Shown here: positions 25,643 to 34,717 of the stretch, piece by piece | Layout of the letters: each line of letters begins with the position of its first letter | Numbering within the stretch: the stretch's first letter is position 1 | Virus record (IMG/VR): IMGVR_UViG_3300037784_000178 | Span: 1-39,324 of that record | DNA: 39,324 bases | Direction: 5' to 3' (one strand) | DNA from: a virus | Taxonomy: Duplodnaviria; Caudoviricetes | Translations under genes and position numbers: made by a program | Notes under the pieces: generated by a model | Seen by the model: the letters and a program-made list of their open reading frames with translations, nothing else | What the model was told of the DNA's origin: nothing | Databases searched by the model: none

Positions 25643-26227
25643 ATGCAGGATCACACCTGGTACCGACCCGGCGAAAAGCCCGAAGGCAAGAAGGACACCC
25701 GGCCCGGCTTCCGGATCCGCATGGCCAGCCTGATTGAGCGCGGCGAATTCGACGCCGAGCTCGAAGGGCGCCATGCGGCGGCGGCCGTGCCGGCCTTCGT
25801 CATGCTCGACACCGCGGTCGCCGGGGTCAACGCGCTGCTGGAAGGCGACGAGGCCGAGGAGATCGTCCAGCTGCTGCGCAGCTTCCACGACGAGGCGGGG
25901 GATAGCGCCCGCGCCGGGGCGAACGATGCCGAGCGCGCCCAGATCGCCGAGGTTGAGGCGGTGCTCAAGAAGAGCTGGCCGCCCTACCGCCAGCTGGTCG
26001 AGCAGAACGCGCGCTATCGCAACCTCATGCCGCTGCTGGCCTTCCAGCGCTTTGTCGACGGGTTCGAGAATGTCACCGGCACCGATGGCAAGCCGGTCGC
26101 ATACGAACGCGATGCGAGCGGACAGATCCCCGACGTGGTGCTGCGCCGGATCCACCCCGCCCTGGTCTATGCGGCAGGCAATCGCGCCTACTCCTTCCAG
26201 TACGCGGCGGGAGAGGAAAAAAACTGA
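25643..26227 (+). CDS. Tail assembly chaperone (gpG-like)
   Basis: Between tail tube and tape measure; ends EEKN at a slippery A-run. Confidence 0.8.
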   Translation: MQDHTWYRPGEKPEGKKDTRPGFRIRMASLIERGEFDAELEGRHAAAAVPAFVMLDTAVAGVNALLEGDEAEEIVQLLRSFHDEAGDSARAGANDAERAQIAEVEAVLKKSWPPYRQLVEQNARYRNLMPLLAFQRFVDGFENVTGTDGKPVAYERDASGQIPDVVLRRIHPALVYAAGNRAYSFQYAAGEEKN

Positions 26228-26535
26228 GAGCCGCCTTCGCGCTGTTCACCGCGCCCGGGGACTTCCGGCTGCCGCGCAGCGTCGAAGGCGGATGGGAATT
26301 CGGTGGGTTCGCCTTCGCGGAAAACCCGCGCTTCACCTGCCCGCGCTGGGCTTTGGCGTTGGTGGAGACGTGGGCGCGGCTACGCGCCGCGCGCGGGATC
26401 GGAATGCAAGGGTCTGGTGCGCAGGTCCTGCCGCGCGGCGGGGGCTACTGCGACCAGCCCGCGCTGGCGATGGAAGCGTTCGAGCTGTTCGACCGCTGGC
26501 TGGAAGAGGGGCGGCGTGGTGCGGGTGAAGCTTGA
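26218..26535 (+). CDS. -1 frameshift extension of the chaperone (gpGT-like)
   Basis: A AAA AAC heptamer at 26218-26224; the -1 frame stays open to 26535 and encodes ENPRF...LPRGGGYCDQPA. Confidence 0.8.
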   Translation, partial: KKLRAAFALFTAPGDFRLPRSVEGGWEFGGFAFAENPRFTCPRWALALVETWARLRAARGIGMQGSGAQVLPRGGGYCDQPALAMEAFELFDRWLEEGRRGAGEA

Positions 26536-27178
26536 CGTCGTCAACGGGCCTGAGGTCAGCCACGAAGTCAGAGGCGAGATCTACCGCGCCGCGACGCGGG
26601 CCGTACAGCGCGCCACCCGGAGCCTCGAGCAAGATCTCGAGGCGCAGACACGGGGCGCGGCACGCGGCAACGCCTGGCGGGCGTGGAAGAGTGCTGTCTA
26701 TCCGAAGGGCAACACGCCCGCGAAGGACCCGGTGGGGGAGGTATTCGGCAACGGCGGGCGCCGGACGCAGGGCCTGATCCAGTACTGGTCACTGCCAGGC
26801 ACTAACCGGGCGGTGGGCAACAAGTACCTGGCGGTGCCGCTGGCGGCGGCACTGGGGACCAGCCTCGGGCGGCACATAAGCCCGCGCCAGTGGGAGGGTC
26901 GGTTTCGCGCCAAGCTGCGCCCGCTGTTCCGGCCGGGGAAGACCCCGTTGCTGGTGGCGGACGGTGCAATCGGGCCGGGTGGCTTCACCCTTCCCGAGAA
27001 GGCGGCGGCAATGCGGCGCGGCGGGCAGCGGCTGAGCAAGACGCAGACGATCGCGGTCTTCGCGCTGATCGAGGAGCAGCCGCATGCCAACCGCGTTTCC
27101 ATCGGGCGCGCCGTGAACCGCGCGCAACGCTTGATGGGCGAGGAGTTCGCGAAGGGGCTGGCTGCGGTCAGCCGCTAG
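26519..27178 (+). CDS. Basic tail completion / neck protein (DUF6441-like)
   Basis: Basic sequence, YLAVPL motif, position before the tape measure gene; GTG start uncertain. Confidence 0.65.
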   Translation: MRVKLDVVNGPEVSHEVRGEIYRAATRAVQRATRSLEQDLEAQTRGAARGNAWRAWKSAVYPKGNTPAKDPVGEVFGNGGRRTQGLIQYWSLPGTNRAVGNKYLAVPLAAALGTSLGRHISPRQWEGRFRAKLRPLFRPGKTPLLVADGAIGPGGFTLPEKAAAMRRGGQRLSKTQTIAVFALIEEQPHANRVSIGRAVNRAQRLMGEEFAKGLAAVSR

Positions 27179-27381
27179 GGCTTGCTGCTGATCCCGACGA
27201 TCCGGTGCAGCGTCCCGGCAAAGCAGTACGGTATGACGATGAGCGCCCCGGCGAGGACATAGTCGCCGATCGCTGCTTCGCCCCCGAGCGAACGGCTGAG
27301 GCCGGAAAACAGGACAACGAAGGCCAGCAGCCCGAACAGCAGCGTGACGGCGTTGGCGACGTGAAGAAGGAAGCGGTCCAT
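27175..27381 (-). CDS. Small two-TM membrane protein (moron)
   Basis: Antisense to the tail operon, two hydrophobic helices, SD GAAAGG. Confidence 0.7.
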   Translation of the reverse strand: MDRFLLHVANAVTLLFGLLAFVVLFSGLSRSLGGEAAIGDYVLAGALIVIPYCFAGTLHRIVGISSKP

Positions 27382-27476
27382 CGGGCAGGCCTTTCGGAAG
27401 GTGGCTCACCGGGCTGGTGAAATTGGCGCGATATTCGGGCCAGACAGATGAATTTGCAAGAATTCCGGAGCAGAGC

Positions 27477-30400
27477 ATGGCGCGGCAGGACGTAATCATC
27501 AGGATGCGCCTTGCAGGCGAGGAGTTTGACCGGGAGTTCAAGGTCAAGTTCCAGGAGCTCGAAGAGGCCGCCGATCGCCAGTCGCAAGCGGCCGGCGCGC
27601 GATCCGGCGGCAGCTTCATGAAGGGCTTCCTCGGTGCGGCCGGGATCGCCGGACTTGGGACCGCTATCGGGACGGCGATCAACAGCGCGGCCGATCTCGG
27701 CGCAGAAATCGCCAGCACTTCGCGGCAGTTCAATATCGGCGCCGAGGAACTGCAGGTATGGCGGCAGGCAGCGACCAATGCCGGGCTGACCACCAATGAT
27801 TTCACCGGCGCGCTCGGCACGCTGACCCAGCGCATCGGCGAGGCCAATGCCGGCAATCGTGCTGCGCAGCAAAGCTTCGTCGACCTCGGTATCGGCTTTG
27901 CCACCACCGCCGGGCAAGCGCGCGCCACGGACGCGGTGATGCTCGATCTCGCCAACCGGATCGCCGCGATCGAAGACCCGGCGGAGCGCGTCCGGCTCGG
28001 GTCGCAGCTGCTCGGCGACGAGTTCAAGAACCTCTATCCCTTGCTGCTCGACGGTGCAGATGGCTTCAACGCGGCGGCTGCAGAGCTCGACAAGTTCGGC
28101 GGCGCGCTCAGCGCCGAGGAAATCCAGAAACTCGACGAGACCAATCGCAAGATCGAGGAGCTCAAGAACCAGCTCTCGCGCAGCGTCGCCCAGGTGGTCG
28201 CCGACAATGCCGACGCCATCAACGCGATGGCGGATAGCCTCTTCAATCTCGCGGGTGCCGCGGTCAAGGCGACCGGCGACTTCCTGACCTTCATGAATAC
28301 GCAGGCGCGTTACGACCAGGCAGTCGCGGCGCTGCCCAAGGGGCTGTCGGACGACCAGCGCGCCGCCGCAATTTCCGACCTCGACCGCCGGTTCGGGCGG
28401 CGCGAGCGCGTTACCTCCTCCTTTCTCGGCGGCCTGGTCCAGTTCAAGGACGTGCGCTTCCAGCCCGACGTCAATTCCGACTGGGGCGGCGCGGGCGGTT
28501 TCCTGTCGCGCTATCTCGAAGGTCAGGAGCAAGTCGCTGAGCCCCGCGTCACTGGGGGCGGCGGTTCGCGCCGGGGCGGCGGCGGGCGGCGCAATGCCAC
28601 CCAGTCGGCTGCCGAGCGCGAGGCCGAGCGTGCCGCCAAGGAAGCTATCCGCAACGAGGAGCAGCTGCGAGACGCTCTCGCCCGCACGCTCCGCGCCCAG
28701 CAGGACAGTGCCGATGTCCAGCGCATCCGCTCCGAACAGGGCGAAGTCGCCGCTGCTGCGGCCGAGGCGGAACTTGCCTTCCTGCGCCAGCATCCGCTCG
28801 CCGTGCACGATACGGTCGAGGCGCTGGCCGCCGCGCTCGGGATCACGAAGGAACTGACGCAGGCCGACCGCGACCGGCTGCAGCTGCTGATCGACCAGGG
28901 CAACGCCGCCGAGGCTGCTGCCGGGGCCGCCGCAGCGCAGAAGGCGCAGGCCGAGATGGACCGCGAGCTGGCGCGGCAGGAGCAGGAGGCGCAGCGCCTT
29001 GCAGAGCGGCAGGCGGACTATTTCCGGCAGGCGCAGGAACGCGCCATCTTCGACCTCGCCAACATTTACGAGACCGCAATGCGCGGCGGGGTCGATGATC
29101 TGTGGGATCACTTCAAGGACGAAGGCTTCCGCATGATCGCCGAGGTCGCCGCGCAATGGTCGCTGGCGATGATCTCCGGGCAGCCCTTCGACCTCGGTGG
29201 CGCGTTTGGACAGGCATTCGGGCGCTCGCCCTTGTCCAGCATCTTCTTCGGCTCAGGCGGCGGCGCGGCGAACGATAACGGCATCGGACGGTTCGGGATC
29301 GATTATTTCCCGAACTTCGGCGGCGGCAGCCTTGCGGGTGCCGTCAGCGGCGGGGCGGGAGGCCTGCTGCCGACTGGCGGCATCTTGCCCACTCCAGGCC
29401 CGGGCGCCCGGATTGACGCCACGCTGGGTGGCGGTCCGCTAAGCAATCCCGGCTTCTCATTTGCAGCCGGTTCTCTCGGCACCGGCCTCGGGCTGGCGCT
29501 GGGTGGCGGCGGGCAGCTGGGACAGCTCGGCGGCATCGTCGGGTCGATCGGCGGGCAGGCGCTTGGCGGGGGCATCGCCGCGCTGGGAGCCTTTGGCGGT
29601 CCGGTGGGGGCACTTGTCGGCGGGCTGCTCGGAGCCGTGCTGCCGGGGCTGCTGTCCGGTCAGAAGCGCGGCAGCGCCACCATCGGCGGTGTGGGCGGCA
29701 CGCTCGGCATCACCGGATCGCGCGGCAATTCACGCAGCCGCGAAGCGACGGCGAACGCCAGCGCCGGAAACCTGATCGACGCGATCTTCCAGATCGCCGA
29801 CGAGTTGGGCGGCAATGTGGATGCGAGCCGCGGTGCGGTCTCGATCGGGATGCGCGACAACAACTGGCGCGTCGATACCACCGGGCGCGGCATCACCAAG
29901 ACGCGCAACGGTGCGATCGATTTCGGCCAGGATCAGGAAGCGGCGATCCGCTTCGCCATTCAGGACCTGATCAAGGACGGGGTGATTACCGGGATCAGCC
30001 AGGCGAGCCAGAACCTGCTCCAGCGCGGCGGCGACCTCGAGGCGCAGATCGAGAAGGCGCTGATGATCGAGGCGGTGCCCCGCCTGCTCAAGGAGCGGCT
30101 CGATCCGCTCGGCGCGGCGCTCGATGCGCTCTACGACAAGTTCAAGGCGCTGGCCGACGCGATGCGCGAAGGCGGCGCCAGCGCCGAGCAGATCGCCGAG
30201 GCCCAACGGCTGTGGGAGCTCGAGAAGGCCGATGCGATCGCCAGTATCGGCGCGGCCAGCCAGACGCTGCAGGATTTCCTCTCAAGCCTCAATGCCGGGT
30301 CCAACTCCCCCCTGTCCCTGCGCGAACAGCGCGCCGAGGCCGAGCGCCAGCTCGAACCCTTCCTGACCCAGATCAGCGAAGCCGAAGCAGCCCGCGCGGA

Positions 30401-30815
30401 GGTCGAGCGGCTGCGGGCCAGCGGGGCGAGTGCGAGCGAAATCGAGGCGGCCGAGGCTGCCGCCCGCGCCGCCGCCGCCGCAATCGACCAGAGCGGGTTC
30501 ACCCAGGCAAGCCAGCTGCTGCTCGGCATCAGCCGCCAGACCAACGCCAGTTCGGGCGCGTTCTTCTCCGACTTCGACAGGATCCGCGAGCTGACCGGAT
30601 CCGCGATCGGGTTCATCGACCAGGCTGCCGCACGCGATGCGGACAATCGCGATCCGTTCTCCTCGGCAATCGCCCAGAATACGCAGGACACCGCGCTGAT
30701 CCTCGCCGACCAGACCGCGATCCTCAACCAGATACTGACGGCCCTCAACGACAACGGTGTCAATTTCGGTGCCGGCGGGGGCTTCACCCGTGAAGTCAGG
30801 AGCTATGCTGTCTGA
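27477..30815 (+). CDS. Tail tape measure protein
   Basis: About 1112 aa, Ala-rich helical sequence with Gly-rich hydrophobic segments; canonical position. Confidence 0.92.
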   Translation: MARQDVIIRMRLAGEEFDREFKVKFQELEEAADRQSQAAGARSGGSFMKGFLGAAGIAGLGTAIGTAINSAADLGAEIASTSRQFNIGAEELQVWRQAATNAGLTTNDFTGALGTLTQRIGEANAGNRAAQQSFVDLGIGFATTAGQARATDAVMLDLANRIAAIEDPAERVRLGSQLLGDEFKNLYPLLLDGADGFNAAAAELDKFGGALSAEEIQKLDETNRKIEELKNQLSRSVAQVVADNADAINAMADSLFNLAGAAVKATGDFLTFMNTQARYDQAVAALPKGLSDDQRAAAISDLDRRFGRRERVTSSFLGGLVQFKDVRFQPDVNSDWGGAGGFLSRYLEGQEQVAEPRVTGGGGSRRGGGGRRNATQSAAEREAERAAKEAIRNEEQLRDALARTLRAQQDSADVQRIRSEQGEVAAAAAEAELAFLRQHPLAVHDTVEALAAALGITKELTQADRDRLQLLIDQGNAAEAAAGAAAAQKAQAEMDRELARQEQEAQRLAERQADYFRQAQERAIFDLANIYETAMRGGVDDLWDHFKDEGFRMIAEVAAQWSLAMISGQPFDLGGAFGQAFGRSPLSSIFFGSGGGAANDNGIGRFGIDYFPNFGGGSLAGAVSGGAGGLLPTGGILPTPGPGARIDATLGGGPLSNPGFSFAAGSLGTGLGLALGGGGQLGQLGGIVGSIGGQALGGGIAALGAFGGPVGALVGGLLGAVLPGLLSGQKRGSATIGGVGGTLGITGSRGNSRSREATANASAGNLIDAIFQIADELGGNVDASRGAVSIGMRDNNWRVDTTGRGITKTRNGAIDFGQDQEAAIRFAIQDLIKDGVITGISQASQNLLQRGGDLEAQIEKALMIEAVPRLLKERLDPLGAALDALYDKFKALADAMREGGASAEQIAEAQRLWELEKADAIASIGAASQTLQDFLSSLNAGSNSPLSLREQRAEAERQLEPFLTQISEAEAARAEVERLRASGASASEIEAAEAAARAAAAAIDQSGFTQASQLLLGISRQTNASSGAFFSDFDRIRELTGSAIGFIDQAAARDADNRDPFSSAIAQNTQDTALILADQTAILNQILTALNDNGVNFGAGGGFTREVRSYAV

Positions 30816-31177
30816 TGCCCGCCCTGCCCTCCGACATCATCCGCGGCACGCGCCGCGCGCGCATCGTCACGCGCGAGGACAGCGCCATCAAGACGCGGTT
30901 TCCGGCAGCGCGCGATCAGGCGACCGCGCCCGAGCGAGGCTTCTTCGAAACCGCTGCCGACGCGTCAAGCGTCCTCGACCTCAAGGCCGCACTGACTGGC
31001 GCATTCCGCCGACGTTTCGCGGTGGTGATCGACGAGGTGGTCTGGATCGATCCTTCAGTCGGAATGCAGACCTTCCACCTGGTCGATGCAGAGCTCGGCT
31101 TCGACGGGCCAGTGCTCGTGACGCGCTGGCGGGTCGATCTGGAGAGGGAACGGACTGAACTCGAGGTATTGGGTTGA
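30815..31177 (+). CDS. Tail tip protein (resembles a hub C-terminal domain)
   Basis: TGATG-coupled to the tape measure gene; beta-rich C-terminus ending TELEVLG. Confidence 0.65.
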   Translation: MPALPSDIIRGTRRARIVTREDSAIKTRFPAARDQATAPERGFFETAADASSVLDLKAALTGAFRRRFAVVIDEVVWIDPSVGMQTFHLVDAELGFDGPVLVTRWRVDLERERTELEVLG

Positions 31178-31995
31178 TGGGGAACGCTCTACTCTTGCGC
31201 CCGCTGCGATGGTCCGGGATCTCGGCCACCAGTGCATCTTTCGGTTTCGACGCCGGCAATCTCTCGCCTGTCCCGGTACCGAGAATGGGGCGCGTCTGGC
31301 GAAGCGATCCCGGCGCGACCTCCCAAACCTTGACAGTCGATCTCGGCAGCGATCAGCCGGTCGACACGATTGCGCTGTTCGGTATCGGCGACGGCAATGG
31401 CGAGCCATCGCAGGACTGGACCTGGACCATTGCGCTTGCGACAGAAGCGCAGGGCATGTTCACGGGAGCGTTCTGGGAGGGTGATGCCGAAACCCTCCTG
31501 GCGGGGATTGTGTTGCCGGTTTCGGGGCGCGGCAAGGCGCTCTGGCTGGCGCCAGCTGCTGCGCCGACGGCGGTCCGCTATTTGCGGATTACCTTCGGCG
31601 CGCTGGGTGGGGCCGAGCTGCAGGCAGCGCTGCTCGCGATTGGCCAGCGGTTCGCGCCTTCGCGCAACTACTCATATGGCGCGGCGTTCGGGGTCCGCGA
31701 CCTCGGCACGCTGGATTACAGCGCGCGCGGAGTAGTGGCCCGCCGCCCGGCCGCGAAACTTCGCGGGATGGGGCTCACCTTCCGCAATGTTCACCGAGAC
31801 GAGCTCGAGGACACGCTCCAGCGCCTGTTCGAGCAGGTTGGAAACACCGAGCCAGTGGTGCTGGTGAGCGATCCCGCCGAACACCCCCAGCGCCAAAATC
31901 GGATGGGGATCGGCCACCTGACCGGGAACCTCGGCAGCGTGCATCGTGTGCCGGGCTTCTTCCAGGCCGAGATTAACTTCGTGGCGGTGGATTGA
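31174..31995 (+). CDS. Distal tail-like / minor tail protein
   Basis: Discoidin-like LTVDLG...VRYLRITF segment, P.RNYSYG; position. Confidence 0.7.
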   Translation: MMGNALLLRPLRWSGISATSASFGFDAGNLSPVPVPRMGRVWRSDPGATSQTLTVDLGSDQPVDTIALFGIGDGNGEPSQDWTWTIALATEAQGMFTGAFWEGDAETLLAGIVLPVSGRGKALWLAPAAAPTAVRYLRITFGALGGAELQAALLAIGQRFAPSRNYSYGAAFGVRDLGTLDYSARGVVARRPAAKLRGMGLTFRNVHRDELEDTLQRLFEQVGNTEPVVLVSDPAEHPQRQNRMGIGHLTGNLGSVHRVPGFFQAEINFVAVD

Positions 31996-31996
31996 G

Positions 31997-34189
31997 ATGC
32001 TGGGCGTGCTGGTTGAGATCGAGGCGCACGATCGCCTCGGCACTCCGATGTTGCTTCGCTTTGCCAGTCACGACACGCCCGAATTGTGTCACTTCGCGGC
32101 GCAGGCGTGGGAGCCTGCGATCGTCCAGCTGCCCGATTTCGCGCTCGACTTCTTCGGCGGAGCCTTCGCCGGGCAGGTAACCGCACCGCGCACCGGTTTC
32201 GCCGTGCTGACTGCCGATGTCACCGGGTTCGCGTCGAATCCCGCCAGGCGCGCTGTGTTCGCCGATGCGCGGGTGCGGATCTGGGCGGGGCCGATCGAAG
32301 CTGCCAGCCCGCATGATGAATCGCGCTTCCGGATGCGTTTTGACGGACGGCTGACCGGCGAGCCCGAGATCGACGAAGCCGGCCGGGTCGCCCGTTTCGA
32401 CGCTGCTGTTCAGGACAACTGGGCCAACAAGCCGCTGCTGAGCCTGTTCGCCGGGACAGGAGGGACCGAAGGTCCGGAGGATCTTGAAGGCCAGACTAAG
32501 CCACTGGCGCTTGGCAACGTGCGCTTCGCGCGCGGGGTGCTGATCGACAATGTCGACAATGTGTGGATGGTGTCGCACGGCGCGGTCGAGGGCATCGGCG
32601 CCGCCTATGACCGGCTTGCCAGCCTGGGGCCGAGTTCCGGCGACCATCCCGACCTTGCCGCGCTTTTGGCGGCCAGCATTCCCAATGGCAGCTGGGCAAC
32701 CTGCCTGTCGCTTGGCCTCGTGCGGTTCGGCGCGCCCCCCGATGGCCGGGTGAGTTTCGATGTGCAAGGCAGTAATGCCGGGACGGGCGGTTACGTTCGT
32801 CGCCCGGGTGCGATGATCCGGCGTATTGCCGATCTCGCGGCCGGTACGGTGGACGCCGCGAGCCTTGCCGCATTGGACGTGGCAAGGCCGTTCAACCTCC
32901 AGATCCAGCTCTCCGAACAGACCACCGCCCGCGAGGTTATCGCGCAGATTGCCGACAGTGTTGCGTCAGTCGCCGGCGTCTCGCTGACCGGGGCACTATT
33001 TGTGCAGCCCCTCGGCTTTGGGACGGCAAGCGAAACGCTCAACGCCGACGGCTCAAGCGCGCTGCCGGTTCTGGCGGTGGAAGAACTCGCCAAGAGCGCG
33101 CCGAGCTGGAAGCTTGCGACCGAAGCCGAACTTACCTTCGAAGTCCACAGCGCCGACGAGGCAGCCTTCGGCTATCGCTGGCAGGGGGAGTATTCGGCAA
33201 GCCGCGTCTATCGCCTCGACGATGTGGTATTCGGGCCGGATGCGGCTGCCTGGGCCTATATCAACTCATCGCCTGCCTCGGGGCAGGACCTGCCGGTCTG
33301 GCCTGATACATCGAACGACCACTGGCGGGTTTTCTCGCCGCCGGGCGGCGCGGGGATCACCGTCGACGAAAACGGCATCCTCGAAGGCATTGGAACGCCC
33401 GACATCAACGTCGACAACCGTGGCGTGGTGCCCTCGGGCGACCTGGCAGACCGGCCCGTAAGCGGCGCCTTCGTCGGGCAGACCTATCTCGCGCTCGACA
33501 CCGGCGAGCTCTTTCGCTGGGACGGTTCGGCGTGGACGCTGGGCACGGACCTCACTGCGGCGGCGGTGCGGAGCATCGAGCCGGAGTTCGCGACCGTCGA
33601 GATCCGCAAGTTCGAGGCCGGCAACGTGGGAAGCCGGACCGTTTCGCACTTCGCCAAGCGCGGGTCGGTCGCGATCGGCGGCGGCACCTGGTCGCTGCCG
33701 CAGGTTCTGCTCGGCGCCGGTTCGGCTTCGATCAACGCCAGCACCGGACTGGTGACGTTGAGCGGCATCGCGCAGTCCGGCTCCTACACGATCCGCTACA
33801 CGCACACCGATGGGGTGCAGACCGATCTGAAGATGAACGTCAGCTTCATCTCGCAGGAGGCGACGGTGCGAAGCATCAATGCCTCGCCCTCGACTGCGAC
33901 ATGGTTCGAAGACACCACGACTTCGCGCACGGTATCGCATAGCGCGATCGAGGGAGGCTCCACGCTGACGGGCGGCACCTGGTCGCTCGAGGCGTCGAGC
34001 GCGGGCATCACCGCCTCGATCAACGCCAGCTCCGGGTCGTTGAGCATCACCGGCGTCACCGAGAGCGGAACCTACCGCGTTCGCTACACGCACACCGATA
34101 CTGTCGAGACCGAATTGGTGGTGAACGTCATCTTCTACCCGGCCGGCTCGCCGAGCAGCCCGACCGATCCCGATTACAACATCCCGTAG
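31997..34189 (+). CDS. Tail hub / central tip protein with C-terminal Ig-like repeats
   Basis: GTGGTEG..LEGQTKPLALGNV, LGLVRFGAPP.GRVSFDV, WQGEYS...Y..DDVV, two C-terminal repeats. Confidence 0.75.
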   Translation: MLGVLVEIEAHDRLGTPMLLRFASHDTPELCHFAAQAWEPAIVQLPDFALDFFGGAFAGQVTAPRTGFAVLTADVTGFASNPARRAVFADARVRIWAGPIEAASPHDESRFRMRFDGRLTGEPEIDEAGRVARFDAAVQDNWANKPLLSLFAGTGGTEGPEDLEGQTKPLALGNVRFARGVLIDNVDNVWMVSHGAVEGIGAAYDRLASLGPSSGDHPDLAALLAASIPNGSWATCLSLGLVRFGAPPDGRVSFDVQGSNAGTGGYVRRPGAMIRRIADLAAGTVDAASLAALDVARPFNLQIQLSEQTTAREVIAQIADSVASVAGVSLTGALFVQPLGFGTASETLNADGSSALPVLAVEELAKSAPSWKLATEAELTFEVHSADEAAFGYRWQGEYSASRVYRLDDVVFGPDAAAWAYINSSPASGQDLPVWPDTSNDHWRVFSPPGGAGITVDENGILEGIGTPDINVDNRGVVPSGDLADRPVSGAFVGQTYLALDTGELFRWDGSAWTLGTDLTAAAVRSIEPEFATVEIRKFEAGNVGSRTVSHFAKRGSVAIGGGTWSLPQVLLGAGSASINASTGLVTLSGIAQSGSYTIRYTHTDGVQTDLKMNVSFISQEATVRSINASPSTATWFEDTTTSRTVSHSAIEGGSTLTGGTWSLEASSAGITASINASSGSLSITGVTESGTYRVRYTHTDTVETELVVNVIFYPAGSPSSPTDPDYNIP
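33635..34138 (+). repeat. Internal duplication of a ~97-aa Ig-like domain
   Basis: RTVSH..GGTWSL..ASINAS.G...SG.Y..RYTHTD appears twice; identical 18-mer at 33794 and 34082. Confidence 0.85.
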
Positions 34190-34312
34190 AGGCTGAGCGG
34201 CGCGCCGCCTCGGTCTCGATCATCCGCTTCCAGCGCGCTCCGGTGCCGCAGTCGATCAGATCGGCTGTGGCGCAGGGGCAGACTTACCCGCACCCCAGAA
34301 AGGCTCTGTTTG

Positions 34313-34717
34313 ATGTCACTGCACGACGATTGGCTCAACAAACTCTCCGATGCAGGCTTGCGCGATGATCTGCCGACGCTGTTCTATGGCTCGAACTATG
34401 GACTGATCTGGGAGGTCGCCGAGCATCCCGATCTCGGCAATTTCGAGGACGGCACCTGGCTGATGCAGGCCAAGGCTGCGCCGGGCTCCGAAGGGGCCGC
34501 GCTGCTGACTTTCACCGTGGAATCGGGCGTGTTCGCGAGCGGGGTCAACCCGGTGTCGATCACGCTGCCGCCCTCGGCGCAAAGCGGCCTCACCGAGCCG
34601 GCGTCGCCGAGCGTGACCAACCTCTTCTACACCATGCTCTACGCGCCCCCGGCCGGCACCTTCACCACGGTCCGGGGCGGACTGCTGCCGGTTGCGGCGG
34701 GAGTGTCGGCGGCATGA
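34313..34717 (+). CDS. Putative fibre/RBP adaptor protein
   Basis: Small beta-rich protein, ATGA-coupled to the RBP gene. Confidence 0.6.
   Translation: MSLHDDWLNKLSDAGLRDDLPTLFYGSNYGLIWEVAEHPDLGNFEDGTWLMQAKAAPGSEGAALLTFTVESGVFASGVNPVSITLPPSAQSGLTEPASPSVTNLFYTMLYAPPAGTFTTVRGGLLPVAAGVSAA

Noticed and set aside
33635-34138. Possible DGR template/variable repeat pair
   Set aside because: Both copies lie in frame in one gene, differences are not adenine-specific, and no reverse transcriptase is in the window
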